This document shows, piece by piece, positions 51,790 through 63,290 of a stretch of DNA of 64,000 nt. Under the pieces are notes generated by a model. That model was not told the origin of the DNA, ran no database searches, and saw nothing but the letters and a program-made list of their open reading frames with translations. The translations under genes and the position numbers were made by a program. The DNA is taken from contig OZ024753.1 in the NCBI GenBank assembly GCA_964016885.1, positions 21,328,001 to 21,392,000 of the forward strand, given 5' to 3'. The stretch is from Eledone cirrhosa. Taxonomy: Eukaryota. How positions within the stretch are numbered: position 1 is the stretch's first letter; each line of letters begins with the position of its first letter.

Positions 51790-53429
51790 AATTTGGACGG
51801 GAACAAAACAGAGAGGCAGACAAATAAAGGTTTATTAGGTTCACGGGAGTACTCAATGCAAGGAGAGACACAGGGTATAACGATAGGTCAAATCCCAATC
51901 ACAGCAACAATATATTTTAATTTAAGTGAAAAACCAAAGTTGATACTTCAACTGATTTTATTAACATCTACACACTTTTCAATTTTAATGCAACATCCAA
52001 CACTAAAATATCCCCAGGACATCATTATAAGATTTAGAAACAAACATACCCCTAGTATATCAACATTGCAGTTAAATCCAATCTCCCCACCATCTTCTTT
52101 AACCTAATCAATATTTCCCTCAATCACATAAATACCAGAAGATAGAAACCCTATTAGGTTATCTTACACAACTTCTGAAAACCTAAAACCTTACATAAAC
52201 AAATTAAATAAGAAACACTTAAGGAACCATGATACTGAACATGATACAAGTGATAACAGGAACCCCAGGGGAAGCTCCCAACCAACACAGATATATGGAC
52301 CCAGGGTAGTAAAACCTATAAATAAAGGACTAAATGTATCACAACCTATTCACATACCTAATAACAACAATAAGGAACCAACCCATAGACCCATAGAAAG
52401 GAAATAAGATGGAACTGTCCATCACCTGAAAACTGTCCAATACAGAATATATGTACAACATTATATACCAATGTGAAATCAACACAAATGAACATAGAGC
52501 AAAATATATAAGAGCACCTCTAATGTCTTTAAGAAAGGTTGGTATAACCATGTACATTCATTTAAAAATGATAAACTTAAAAACTCCACAACTTTAGCTA
52601 GCAGAATATGGGAACTGGAAAAGAAAGGTACCAAATACGATATTTCCAGGTCAGTCGTTGAATTCGCTCATCAATACAAACTACACGCATAAACTTGTAA
52701 AATTTGTATACTCGAAATGTATTATATTACCAGGAAAAATTTACTTAACAATAGACAAAGCCTATTCAACTGCAGTCTGCAGTTGAATAGGCATTATAGT
52801 CTATTGTTAAGTAAATTATATAGAGCTTTTTCTCATTATAATTCCAACTAGCACACAATTTGAACTCAGCATCATTCCCTTCGAACATAGATGTAAATAT
52901 TATCATCAACATTTACTCTGTCTGAATTCCCCTACTTGACACCAGATACCCTACAAAATACTATCCTTAACTAAGCAGTATACAACCACCAACCAAGTTG
53001 GCAGAATAAGAAACGTTTTCATCCACCTAAAATATCCTGACAGTGGTGATTGGCCACAAACTTTAATCCACTCAACAAACAAATAATCTTATATGACAAC
53101 AATACTAGAATATATTGGTTGTAGCAGTCGCTAAAACTGCCACTCATCTCTCTACATCTTCTTTCTTCCTCTTTCTCTCAGTACATTTCAATACAACTGC
53201 TACGTATATAACCTAATTCCTACACGAAGACACACCCTATCAATCTCTGTATATGTATTATAGACACCTTGCATAAATGTAAACCTTGTTAAATTCTGAA
53301 GAGCCAATTTATCACGGTGCTATCGACAAATATTGGAAAATGAAATTTTCCTATAAATCCTATCAGACTAGCATTTCTAGATTTTGTTTACCTGTAGATT
53401 GGCGAAACACATGTCAATTGTATAATAAA
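51790..53429 (+). mobile_element. Penelope-like element 3' part (decayed GIY-YIG endonuclease plus pLTR); continues briefly after the Helitron at ~54983-55030
   Basis: Remnants IRLSYTT, CP..NCP, IIYQC...KYI, WYNHVHSF...NSTTLASRIWEL, CKICILE, NLLNNR; hammerhead and AATAAA downstream. Left boundary uncertain. Confidence 0.8.
53286..53425 (+). ncRNA. Type I hammerhead ribozyme with an 83-nt insertion in loop II
   Basis: AAUU-CUGAAGA(53296-53302)-GCCAAUUUA...UAGAUUGGC-GAAA(53404-53407)-C-acau-GUC^AAUU. Confidence 0.75.
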
Positions 53430-54982
53430 CTAGCAGTGGTACCCGGCATTGCACAGGATAAGGTATTTTGGAACGCGGGCCGCCAACAGACCTAATCGTA
53501 GAAAACTGCATGCCTGGACAATATGTAAAGAAAATAAACCGAATACTCTGATGGCTGGATAATCTTTAAGATTTTCCTCGATGAAGCAGGAAAAATGCAG
53601 GTTTTCACCTAATGCGGGCCCTAGGGGATCAAGAAAATGAATTCTTTTTATGTGCATAATATGCCTTGAAATTTCGGGAAAATCGGCTAGACGTATCGCC
53701 TAAAAAAAGCCCTAAAAAGCTGAATAAATTAAGTTTTTCACCTAATGCGGGCCCTAGACCATAAAAAAGTTGGATTTTGACTAATACATAGTTACAATTT
53801 CAAGGAAATCGGTCTGACGTAACGACTCAAAATACCCCTAAAAAGCTGGAAAAATGCAGTTTTTCACCTAATGCGGGCCCTAGGAAATCAAAAAGTTGAA
53901 TTTTTTATGTGCATAACACTCCCTGAAACATAATGCGGGCCGCCAACAGACCTAATCGTGGAAAAACTGCATGCCTGGACAATATGTAAAGAAAATAAAC
54001 CGAATGCTTTGATGCAATTAGTATTAGGTATGCTTCTCCTTCCTCGTGGAGAAAATCGGCTTGGTGCTTTTGTACTTTAATAAAGTGGCATGAGTCAGCA
54101 GGACAGATGTCACCACTTATGTCACAGGGAAGTCTGCAATACTTGAGCAAGGCATGGCGTGCAATCGGACAGCATGTGGAGCCTTCTCGAAGGAGTCCAC
54201 CGCACCTTAGTAAGTAAACGCAAGTGGACAAACGTTTACCAAACTGTTGGTATAATTTAACAAATTTAAAGAGGAATGGTGCAATAAAATGGGCCCCGAG
54301 GCTTGTGCGAGTTCACTGGCAGCCCTAAACAAAAGGGTCGCCATCAGTTATTTCAAGGGCCCTTAAAAGGGCCTTGTAAGCCGTTCACTGACACTCCAGT
54401 AAGGAGGGGTAACCATCAACAATTTCAAGTGGTGGCCCTAAAAAGGGCCACGTGAGCGTTCACTTGTAGCCCTTAATAGTGACTTTGACTGCGTTCTCTG
54501 ACATTTGGAGTGTGTTATGGTTGCTTCCACCGGTAGCCTTTAGAATGAATCAGAATGCGTTCGCGGCCCGTTTAACAGCCATACATTGACGCGCCGAGTG
54601 CGATGTAGACAGCCAGACATACAGACAGATATTATAAGGGCGTGTTCTGGATGACGAGGGAATTGTGGGAAGTGACGTAATGCAGACAGCCAGACATGCA
54701 GACAGCCAGACATACAGACAGATATTATAAGGGCGCGACGTTATATGTATGTATCTATCTAAATAGAGAAAGACTAAGAATTATAGAGAGAGATCGCTAA
54801 ATCGCCTAATGCGGTCCCTAGAGCATTGAAAATTTGAATTTCTTTTGCTCAGAACACTCCCTGAAACATAAGTATTACATGTGTAAAGTTTGAAAACAGT
54901 CGGTTGGATGCTTCTCCAGTTTTAGGGATTCAAACTAACTCACACACACACAGACAGACATCCTCAGTTTTATATATATAGA
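53430..54982 (-). mobile_element. Non-autonomous Helitron (1553 bp)
   Basis: Minus strand A|TC...CTAG|T; GC hairpin CCTGTGCAATGCCGGG 8 nt before CTAG; no TSD; internal repeats TTTTCACCTAATGCGGGCCCTAG; (CAGA)n near the 5' end. Confidence 0.85.
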
Positions 54983-55064
54983 TGTTAGTCCTTTAACTGT
55001 GAAGTTGTCATATTCATGTTACTTATTATATTATATCTATATATATTTATTTATTCATTTGTAG

Positions 55065-55277
55065 GCCTCCCAGAAAAACACATCTTCAGGTACTTCTAAT
55101 GTTGCCAGTAAATTAACAACTGCTACTACTACTACTATAACTACTCCCACTTCTTCAGTTGCCAACATTAAGACCAATTTGAAGCAGAATCAACAAATAA
55201 CAAAACCGTTGCTATCATCAAACACAATTAGATCCACTACAATGAAATTCCCATCTTCAAAACCAATTTCCAAAGAG
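55065..55277 (+). CDS. Internal coding exon of a host gene, 71 aa, Ser/Thr-rich (ASQKNTSSG...SSKPISKE)
   Basis: Acceptor TTATTCATTTGTAG|GCC, donor GAG|GTAAAT; 213 bp, phase 0/0, open frame, unique sequence between TEs. Confidence 0.72.
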
Positions 55278-55366
55278 GTAAATATTTTATTAATATATGT
55301 CTAATGTATACAGAATTTTGTTATCAATACACATTTTTATTTTATATTCATTTATATATAACTAGC

Positions 55367-55548
55367 CATCATTTTTACGCCTGCTTTTCCATGCTTGCAT
55401 GGGTTGGACGGGTCCTTTTCAGCACAGCACCTCTCCACATGTTGTGAACCTTTGTCATCTCCTCTGTCAGTCTCAGTGATTTAAGATTAACTCTCACAAT
55501 CTTTACCCAGGTCTTTCTTGGTCTAACTCTATCACGGCTTCCTTCCGT
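55367..55548 (-). mobile_element. RTE LINE 3' fragment
   Basis: CATCATTTTTACGCCTGCTTTTCCATGCTTGCATGGGTTGGACGG; homologous to 59903-60050. Confidence 0.85.
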
Positions 55549-55887
55549 TCACTTCTTATATATGACTAGTCAGAATATAACTTCAGAGTTGCATATAATA
55601 TCAAACTTAAATGAATTGCAGTTTTCTTTCTTCAGTGTTTTCTAAATTTGTCTTTTACTGCCTTAACCCTTTAGTGTTCTTTGTTCAATCCAACCCAAAC
55701 CGGCCGATAACACCCACACTAAAATATTGTTCTAAAAATAAACAATACCGTCATCAACATCTCATCAATTCGAGATTACTGCAAGATTGGGCCTTTACTG
55801 CGAAAATTAACACTTAATAGTGAAACAACTTAAAACAACACGTGTTTTTTTAACGTTGAAAGTAGAACAGATTTTTTGTGTATCCAC

Positions 55888-57521
55888 ATGGCTTATGAAA
55901 GTAGCGATACCGACTTTGAAGGTTTTACACACGACGACATTCAAAATAAACAAGAAACAAAAGATAATATTAGTGATTTATCTTCAAATGAAAATATTTC
56001 TGAAATTTCGTCCGATGATGATTGTTGTTTTGAAAGTGAAAACGAAGGAGATCTCCGGGACGCCATTGAAGATATTACGGCAACGTGGTTGAAAAAAACA
56101 CACCTAAGCATGTTCCCGATTTTATTGAAAATACCGGTCCACAACACACATTACATCCCGATGCTAAAGCAGTGGATTATTTATTTTTTATTTTTGCCAC
56201 AAACTTTCTTTGAAGTTGTGGCAGAAGAGACTAATCGATATGCCCAACAACAGATCAAGGAAAACCCGATCTGTTATGGTGACCGACCGATTTGGAAATT
56301 CAAGCATTTTTTACCATAAATATTATGTTCAGTATAAAACAGTTTCCAAGACTGTGGAATTACTGGAGCACTGATATAAGGTTTAGTGACCCTTATATAT
56401 CAAGTATTATGGCAAAAATAAGGTATTTAAAATTAAACCAATATTTGCACCTGGTTGATACTTCAAATGCCCCCAGTAGAAATGATTTGAATTATGACCC
56501 TCTGTATAAAGTTTGACCAGTAATTAAAATGCTATCTGAAAAATTAAAAACTGTTTATATACCTGGGAAAAATCTTAGTGTTGATGAAGCAATGACTGGG
56601 TATAAGGGTAGGGTACATTTCAGACAATATATGCCAGCTAAACCCACTAAATGGGGCACCAAGGTGTGGGAACTCTGAATCGGACACAGGTTACTGTGCA
56701 AACTTTGATGTTTACACAGGAAAGAAACACAACGGAGAGAGAAAAAAGGGATTGGGCTACGTTGTGTGGTCTCTGACTGAACCCTTCCACTCTCAACACA
56801 GACACATATATTTTGACTGGTTTTTTTTTTCAGTGCTTCTAGCACAGGATCTTGCCCTTGTAAATACGTACACCTGCAGTACAATAATGGGGAATCGCAA
56901 AGGGCTATCCCAAGAAATAAAAGTCAAAAAATTTAAAAAGAGAGGTGACATTCTCCAAGTGCAAAAAGGGAACATCCTATCCACTTTGTACAAAGACAAA
57001 TGGCAAATTTTATTCCTAACTTCTAACCAACAACCAGGAGTTGGGGCTGAATGTAAACCTTTAGTCAACCTCTCCTATAATAAATATATGAGCGGGGTTG
57101 ACAAATCCAACCAATATTGTGTATATTACCCAGCTGGAGATATATCTTGTGGTTTTTAGTGAATTTAACCATTGTGAATTCTTTTATTGTATTCACTAAA
57201 AGCCACAAGGATCTGCCACCACCAAAGGACTACTGCTACATGAAATTTTGTGTAGACGTCACATCTCAGCTGCATGGAGGATATACTTCTCACAAACACA
57301 AAGCTGAGAGAAAGTCAAAATTATCTGAGGTGAACAAAGAAAATATTGATTTTCATAAAATAGAGAAAATTACTGGGAGGAAGGTTTGCCGAATGTGCTC
57401 TTTGCAAAAGAGAAAAACTGCTGAAGGTTATCCAATTGAAACCTCTTTTATGTGTTCCTTTTGCAAAGTGCCATTATGTAAAGGGTGTTTTGGTCAATTT
57501 CATGACAGAAATATTGTCTGA
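55888..57521 (+). pseudogene. piggyBac (PGBD4-like) transposase with multiple frameshifts and stops
   Basis: Motifs EETNRYA, VDEAM..YKGR..FRQYMPAKPTKWG.KVW, HIYFD.FF, YNKYMSGVD; C-terminal CRMC...CSFCKVPLC..CF..FH. Confidence 0.92.
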
Positions 57522-58057
57522 CAATATTGAAAAAGATAGGAAAACACCTACATCATACCTGTTAATGAACTTATATATTGGACACATTCTGTTATATAAA
57601 TCTACCCAGTACATTGCCAATATTATTTTGACTGATGAAAGGGTTTTATACTTTTTTTCAATGAAAATATTTGTATCGAATGTAGAGACAGACTAAAACC
57701 GTGTACTGATTATACCTGCATTTTAAATTAATTCACCTGTTCGTGAAAAGTACTAAAATTGTTGGAAATGAACATCTAGGTCATTGTTGGATATTTTTTG
57801 TAACAAATCTAACAGGTAAGTCAGATAAAGTTTAAATTTTTGTGTTTATCCATAAAGTCATTACTTTTACACCTGTTAATTAATTTCACCTGCCCATAAA
57901 AGTCTAATCTAACAAAAAAAAAAATCAGGTAAAAATAGATAATTGTAAATTATTAATATTTAAACATCTACTGACAAAATTTCAAGTCTGCACATAGATA
58001 ATTAAGAAAATTGCAAATAAATGAAATTGATAACCCTCTTGAGTAGGATTAACTAAA

Positions 58058-58160
58058 AATAATTGTTTCTATTTTTGGCACAAGGCCAGCAATTACCTCA
58101 GTGTATTACTGGTACTTTATTTTATCGACCCCGTAAGGATGAAAGGCAAAGTTAACCTCA
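58058..58160 (-). mobile_element. 5'-truncated SINE nested in the piggyBac 3' region
   Basis: Reverse complement of the 3' half of the 38900 SINE. Confidence 0.88.
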
Positions 58161-58419
58161 AAACTAATGTGAATAGATAAACATGATATTTGAAAATTAA
58201 TGTGAATACTAAAGTGTTAAACCTTTCATGTAATTTTTGTTGCATTTTGACTGTGGCAAGCTATTAAGTCGTTGCAAAACAAATTTCCTGACCATACTGC
58301 CATGCCTATGTATTAGGGAACCAGTGGGCCCACATCACATGTGGCTATAAATAGTGCCATTTTGAATATGTGCAGTTGGAAAATATCATCATCATGACTA
58401 TGATCATCATCAACATGTA

Positions 58420-58625
58420 ATCCATTCATCACTGAATTTCTAATTAAATACACTCTACTTCAATTAATTTATGAAGAATATTGAAGGGTTTATTAAAATT
58501 ATTAATTTTGTCATTACTAAAATTAAGTTGGAAAATTTTAATATAAATTCAAAATATTTAAAATGGATGACTTTATTTCATAGAACCTGAGCTGGTTTTG
58601 GTTGGATTGATAACAAAAGGGTTAA
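58420..58625. mobile_element. TTAA/CCCTTT MITE family member
   Basis: Ends ...GATAACAAAAGGGTTAA; inverse of 42544-42600. Confidence 0.55.
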
Positions 58626-58666
58626 ACTATATTGTTAATGTGTGAATATACAAATATATATAAATA

Positions 58667-58711
<45 letters not shown>

Positions 58712-58712
<1 letters not shown>

Positions 58713-59097
58713 GGCCTGACCTGGTGGTTTTGGACAAGGAAAAAAGATTGTGCCTGATTGTAGATGTAGCCTGCCCATTTGACACGAGAGTGCAAGAAAA
58801 GGAGAGGGAGAAAATTAACCAATACCAGGACTTAAAGTGGGAGTTAAAAAGGATTTGGAACTGCCATGAAATCAAGGTCGTCCCGATTGTCATAGTGCAC
58901 TAGGTACTATCTCTCCAAGGATGGTTAAAGAAGAATAGTCCAGCTCCACTTTTTGGAACACTTCAAAAGGCATGCTTGCTGGGAACAGCAAGAACCCTCC
59001 AATACATCCAGAATATCTGAGGCTGCAGGTAGCGGCTTGATATTCATTTCAACAAACATTCCAGTTAAATAACATCAATGACTGAGACTCAAAGAAC
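58712..59097 (+). mobile_element. R4/Dong-clade non-LTR retrotransposon 3' fragment (restriction-like endonuclease) in a (TAA)n tract
   Basis: RPDLVVLDKEKRLCLIVDVACPFD...EKINQYQDL..ELKRIW...VVPIVI..ALG...LQKACLLGTAR; (TAA)n on both sides. Confidence 0.9.
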
Positions 59098-59815
59098 AAT
59101 AATAATAATGAAATTATTGTGTACAGTGCTCAGGTGCACTACAACTCATCAAAGGTGCATGTATAGTACATAGAATAATGTTCAAATGTCAGGAAAATGA
59201 ACAGTGTACGAGTCATGAAATACATGTGTGCGTTGTGCGTGTGTATGGAGGGGGGACAGCAGGTATAGTGTTGGCAAATTTCAGGAAGCATGGAGGTTTT
59301 AAAGGATGCAGTGTCTCGATAGATAATAACTGATGCAGGTTGTTTGTTCCATGCTTCAGCAACTCTGAGTGTGAAAAAATGTTTCCGAAAGTCATGGAGC
59401 TGTGCTGTTTTCTGACTTTGTTAGCCGGCCCACGTGTGATAGACACATGGAAATCAAAAAGGTGCTCAGGGTTGTTGTTGGCAAGATGGTTAATAATTTT
59501 GTGGGTGTTTGCCAGACGTCGGAGCTTCAATGTATCCATGCCCAGGGAAGCAAGGCGTTCAGAGTATGGTAGATGCCCGATGGAGGGTATTTGGAGGGTA
59601 TTCGCTTGGTTACACGTCTCTGAACAGTTTCCAGGCAATCAATGTTCTGAGCAAGATAGGGGTTCCAGACTGGTGATGCAAATTCTAAGTGTGGCCGCAC
59701 CATAGTTATATGCAGCTTTAAATAGAGAGCTGGAGAGTGGCTGACAAAGGTCTTGCTAAGTGATGCTAAGACACCATCGGCCTTCCTGACAATTTTAGAG
59801 ACATGCTTATACATA
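59098..59815 (-). mobile_element. CR1-clade LINE 3' fragment with (ATT)n tail
   Basis: VRPHLEFASPVWNPY...LETVQRRVTK, LPYSERLASLG..TLKLRR; tail CAATAATTTCATTATTATT. Confidence 0.88.
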
Positions 59816-59902
59816 TACATTGGGTTGTCAAGTATAAAATTTGTTTTTTTTGCTACAAATCTCTACAAATTTCATACTAGACGACCCAATTTATATAAAT
59901 AG

Positions 59903-62509
59903 CATCATCATCATCATTTTACGTCTGCTTTTCCCTGCTTGCAAGGGTGGAACGGTCCTTCATCATCTCCACTGTGAGCTTCAGCGATCTGAGGTCTGTT
60001 CTCACCACCTCTGCCCATATTTTTTGTGGTCTACCTCTACTATGTCTTCCTTCAACTGGCATTTCTTGGCACTTCTTCACCCATCGGTCATCCTCCATGC
60101 GCATCACATGTCCAAACCATCGCAGTCTCCTCTCCCGCACACTAGAATCTATCCCTCTCAGACACAGTTTCTCTCTCAATACATCCATGCTGGGTCATTC
60201 ACGCACATCGACATTGCACATCCAACGGAGCATGCTTGCCTCATTTCTCTCCAGCCGTCGCATATCCTCTGCAGTTGCTGCCCATGTCTCACTATGATGC
60301 AGCATCGCATTCCTCACTCAGGCATCATATAACCGGCCTTTCGTACGCAGGGAGAAACCCTTCTTCGTCAGCAGAGGAAGCAGCTCACTAAACTTCTTCC
60401 AACCCGTCCTTATTCTAGATACTATGGCCTCGGAACACCCTCCTCCCATGCTAATCTGATCTCCTAGGTTCCAGAAGCTATCCACCACTTCTATAACACC
60501 CACCTGCATTTGAAAAATGTGTCTATCAATGCGACTTCTACTGTCTAATTTCCCTGTACATCTACTGCATACGTATTTCTCCCTACCTGTTAGTTTGCCT
60601 GCTATCCCACTACATCTCTTGTGTACCCAAGATCTGCATTGTGTACATTTTATAGAATTTATGCCAGTTCCTTTTCTGCATATCGAACATGGCCATTTCC
60701 CAGACGGAATCAGAGTTTTGTTCTCTTTTCTACTCATCAACACTTTGTCTTAGCTAGGTTCACTCTCAGTCCTCTTGATTCCAACTGCTGTTTCCATAGC
60801 CAGAATTTATTTTCTAGCTCCTCTACTGATTCTGCTATAAGAACCAGATCGTCAGCATAGAGAAGTTCCCATGGACTTAAACTTCTCTGTTATGGCTTGG
60901 AGGACTATAATGAACAAGAGCGGGCTGAGGACCGAACACTGATGTACTCCTACTTGTATCTGGAATTCCTCACTAAACTCCATTCCTACCCTCACTTTAC
61001 TGACAGCACCTCTGTATAAAGTTTGCACTGTCCTCACAAGCCATTCCTCAACACCTAGTTTCCTTTGGGACCACCAGATGACAGATCGGGGTACCCTATC
61101 AAAGGCCTTCTCTAGGTCAACAAAAGCTAAGTATAGTGGCTTACCATTTTTCATTTCCTTAATCGCCTCTTGGACCCTATATTCGTCCATCTCAATAGCT
61201 GGTCCATCTGTCGGATCTACTGAGGGAAATTTCTCTCTCTCCCATTCGTTCTCCACATTCATCAGTCTCTCATAATGACATTTTCAGGCCTCCATTTTCT
61301 CATCATTCGTGACACTAAGTACACTGAAGCAGTAAGTTGTCACGTAAAAAATTCCAGTTATCATCTATGTCATACGATCCTAACTCGTCTTCTTTTTCGT
61401 CATACACATCTTGAAGGGCTTTCCTAAATTTGTATTTTAGTGAAAAGTCTTTTAGCTTCCAGACCTTTCTTCTCCACACCTTCCTGTATGTCTCATTCCA
61501 TCTCTTGCTTACTGAGATATCACTAACGACTAACCTATGCTGTGGGGTACATTCTTCCCCAGGGTATGCCCTGGTATTTGACACTATCCACCTGTCCCGC
61601 TACCTAACTAATATGAAGTCAATCTGGCTTATGTGCTCACCTGATTTGTATGTTATTAGGTGGTTGGCAGGTGCCTGGAAGTTAGTGTTGCAAATAGTCA
61701 GTGTACTTGCATCACAAAATTCAAGAAGTCTCGCTCCTTCTTCATTTCTTGAGCCGTAACCGTGCCCACCATGTACCCCAGTGTAACCATCCTGGAGCTG
61801 TCCAACATGACCATTGAAGTCCCCTGCTAGCATAACGATGTCTCCGTCCTCTGTCATTGCGGCTGTTTGTAAAAGTTGCTCGTAAAAGCAGTTTTTCTCC
61901 TCATTACCTAGGCCTGCCTGGGGAGCATAGGCAGAGATGATTGTCAGTAGTCTCCTGCCTACAACTAATCTAAGCTTAATTATTCGATTATTAACTCGAA
62001 CTACCTTTATTGTCTTATTGATCCATCTCTCAGCCAGGAAAATGCCTACTCCCCCTAACCCATCATCCTTACCTACCCAGAAAAGCTAATAACTACGCTG
62101 TTTACCTGTGATTAGTCTCGCAGAGGCACCTCTCCATCTCACCTCTTGCACGCAGCACACTTCGACATGCCTTCTCTCCAGCATCTCCGCTATTTCACCA
62201 GATCTACATGTGAGAGTGCCAACATTAAGTGTGGCAACTCTGAGCTGCAACGTCTTCATATTTTTGTTCCTTTTCCTGTAGTGTGATTGCTTGATGACGG
62301 TTGGGGGGTTCTCGCACATGGCCGCACCAGCCACCCCACTACCATGTGCAGCCCTAACATGGTTAGTGTTATTGCTGTTTACGCAGTTGTTGCAATTCTC
62401 ATTTGTTGTGCTCAATAATTTTTGGCAGTAGTATATATACTGGTTGGATGCCGTTCCTAACACCAGCACCACTTTACAGCATGGACTGGGTGCTTTTATT
62501 CGTGCCACC
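59903..62509 (-). mobile_element. Near full-length RTE LINE (APE endonuclease + RT), internally deleted and pseudogenised
   Basis: LRVATLNVGTL, CVQEVRW, GDFNGHVG, SQIDFILV, QHRLVV, DLEKAFDRVPR, GVHQCSVLSPLLF, LLYADDL, RRLRWFGHVMR; (GAT)n tail; 5' UTR motif at 62441-62509. Confidence 0.95.
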
Positions 62510-62590
62510 AGGACTAGAGAGGAAGTCTTACTGGACTCATGGGCCCTCTCTACCCCTCCATTTTGCAGCATGGTCATAACAATAATAACA

Positions 62591-62777
62591 ATAATTGTTT
62601 CTACTTTAGGCACAAGGCCAGCAATTACCCAGTGCATTACTGGTACTTTATTTTATCGACCCCCGTAAGGATGAAAGGCAAAGTCAACCTCGGCGGCATT
62701 TGAACTCAGATCGTAAAGGGACGTAACTATGCTGGAAAGCATGGCGTCCGACCCTCTACCGATACTGCCAATCCACC
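62591..62777 (-). mobile_element. Full-length tRNA-derived SINE
   Basis: Reverse complement of the 38900 SINE; TSD AATAATAACA at 62581-62590 and 62778-62787. Confidence 0.9.
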
Positions 62778-63290
62778 AATAATAACACTATTAATAATTA
62801 TTAATTAATGCAATCGTGCAATGCCTGTGCGTGAAGAATATTTTTAAAGTGAGGAAAGACTGTGCACTGAGCCAATCCCACTCTCTGAGCAACAGTAACC
62901 GAAAAGAAGAAAAGATCAACATCATCGGTAATTACGGAGCCGCAGGTTTTATGTCGGAGTTATCCCAGTTTCTTGAGTTGCCTTCTCCTAGAAAAATGCC
63001 CTGACAAGGGCTAGGGGTCCTTCACTCCCAGTGGTTTAACTGCACAATCGGGTATCCAGCCCAATTATTTCTATGTCCCCGCGCAAAAAAAAAAAAAAAA
63101 TCACTTATTGACACTCATACGTATGACACACACACACACTCACTCATGCATACAAACACACACACGCCACTCACACACACACACACACATATTACCGTCA
63201 TTACTGATACAAGATCATGTCAACTGTTGACTTTCGAAAGAGTTTGTATAATTGAAGCTGTGCGTTACTGTTCAGTATTATTATAATAAT

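Larger units (their letters stand above)
55667..58216 (+). mobile_element. piggyBac transposon, full-length but decayed
   Basis: TTAA TSDs at 55663-55666 and 58217-58220; TIR CCCTTTAGTGTTC / GAATACTAAAGTG (11/13 match). Confidence 0.9.

Noticed and set aside
62441-62575. HDV-like ribozyme at the RTE 5' end (GACT-TCCTCTCT-AGTC hairpin on the minus strand)
   Set aside because: HDV-like ribozymes are known in some RTEs, but I could not build the P1/P1.1/P2 nested pseudoknot by eye; this needs a descriptor search.
62800-63100. Possible processed retrocopy or exon ending in A16
   Set aside because: No recognisable ORF, TSD or splice signals; may be an old repeat fragment.
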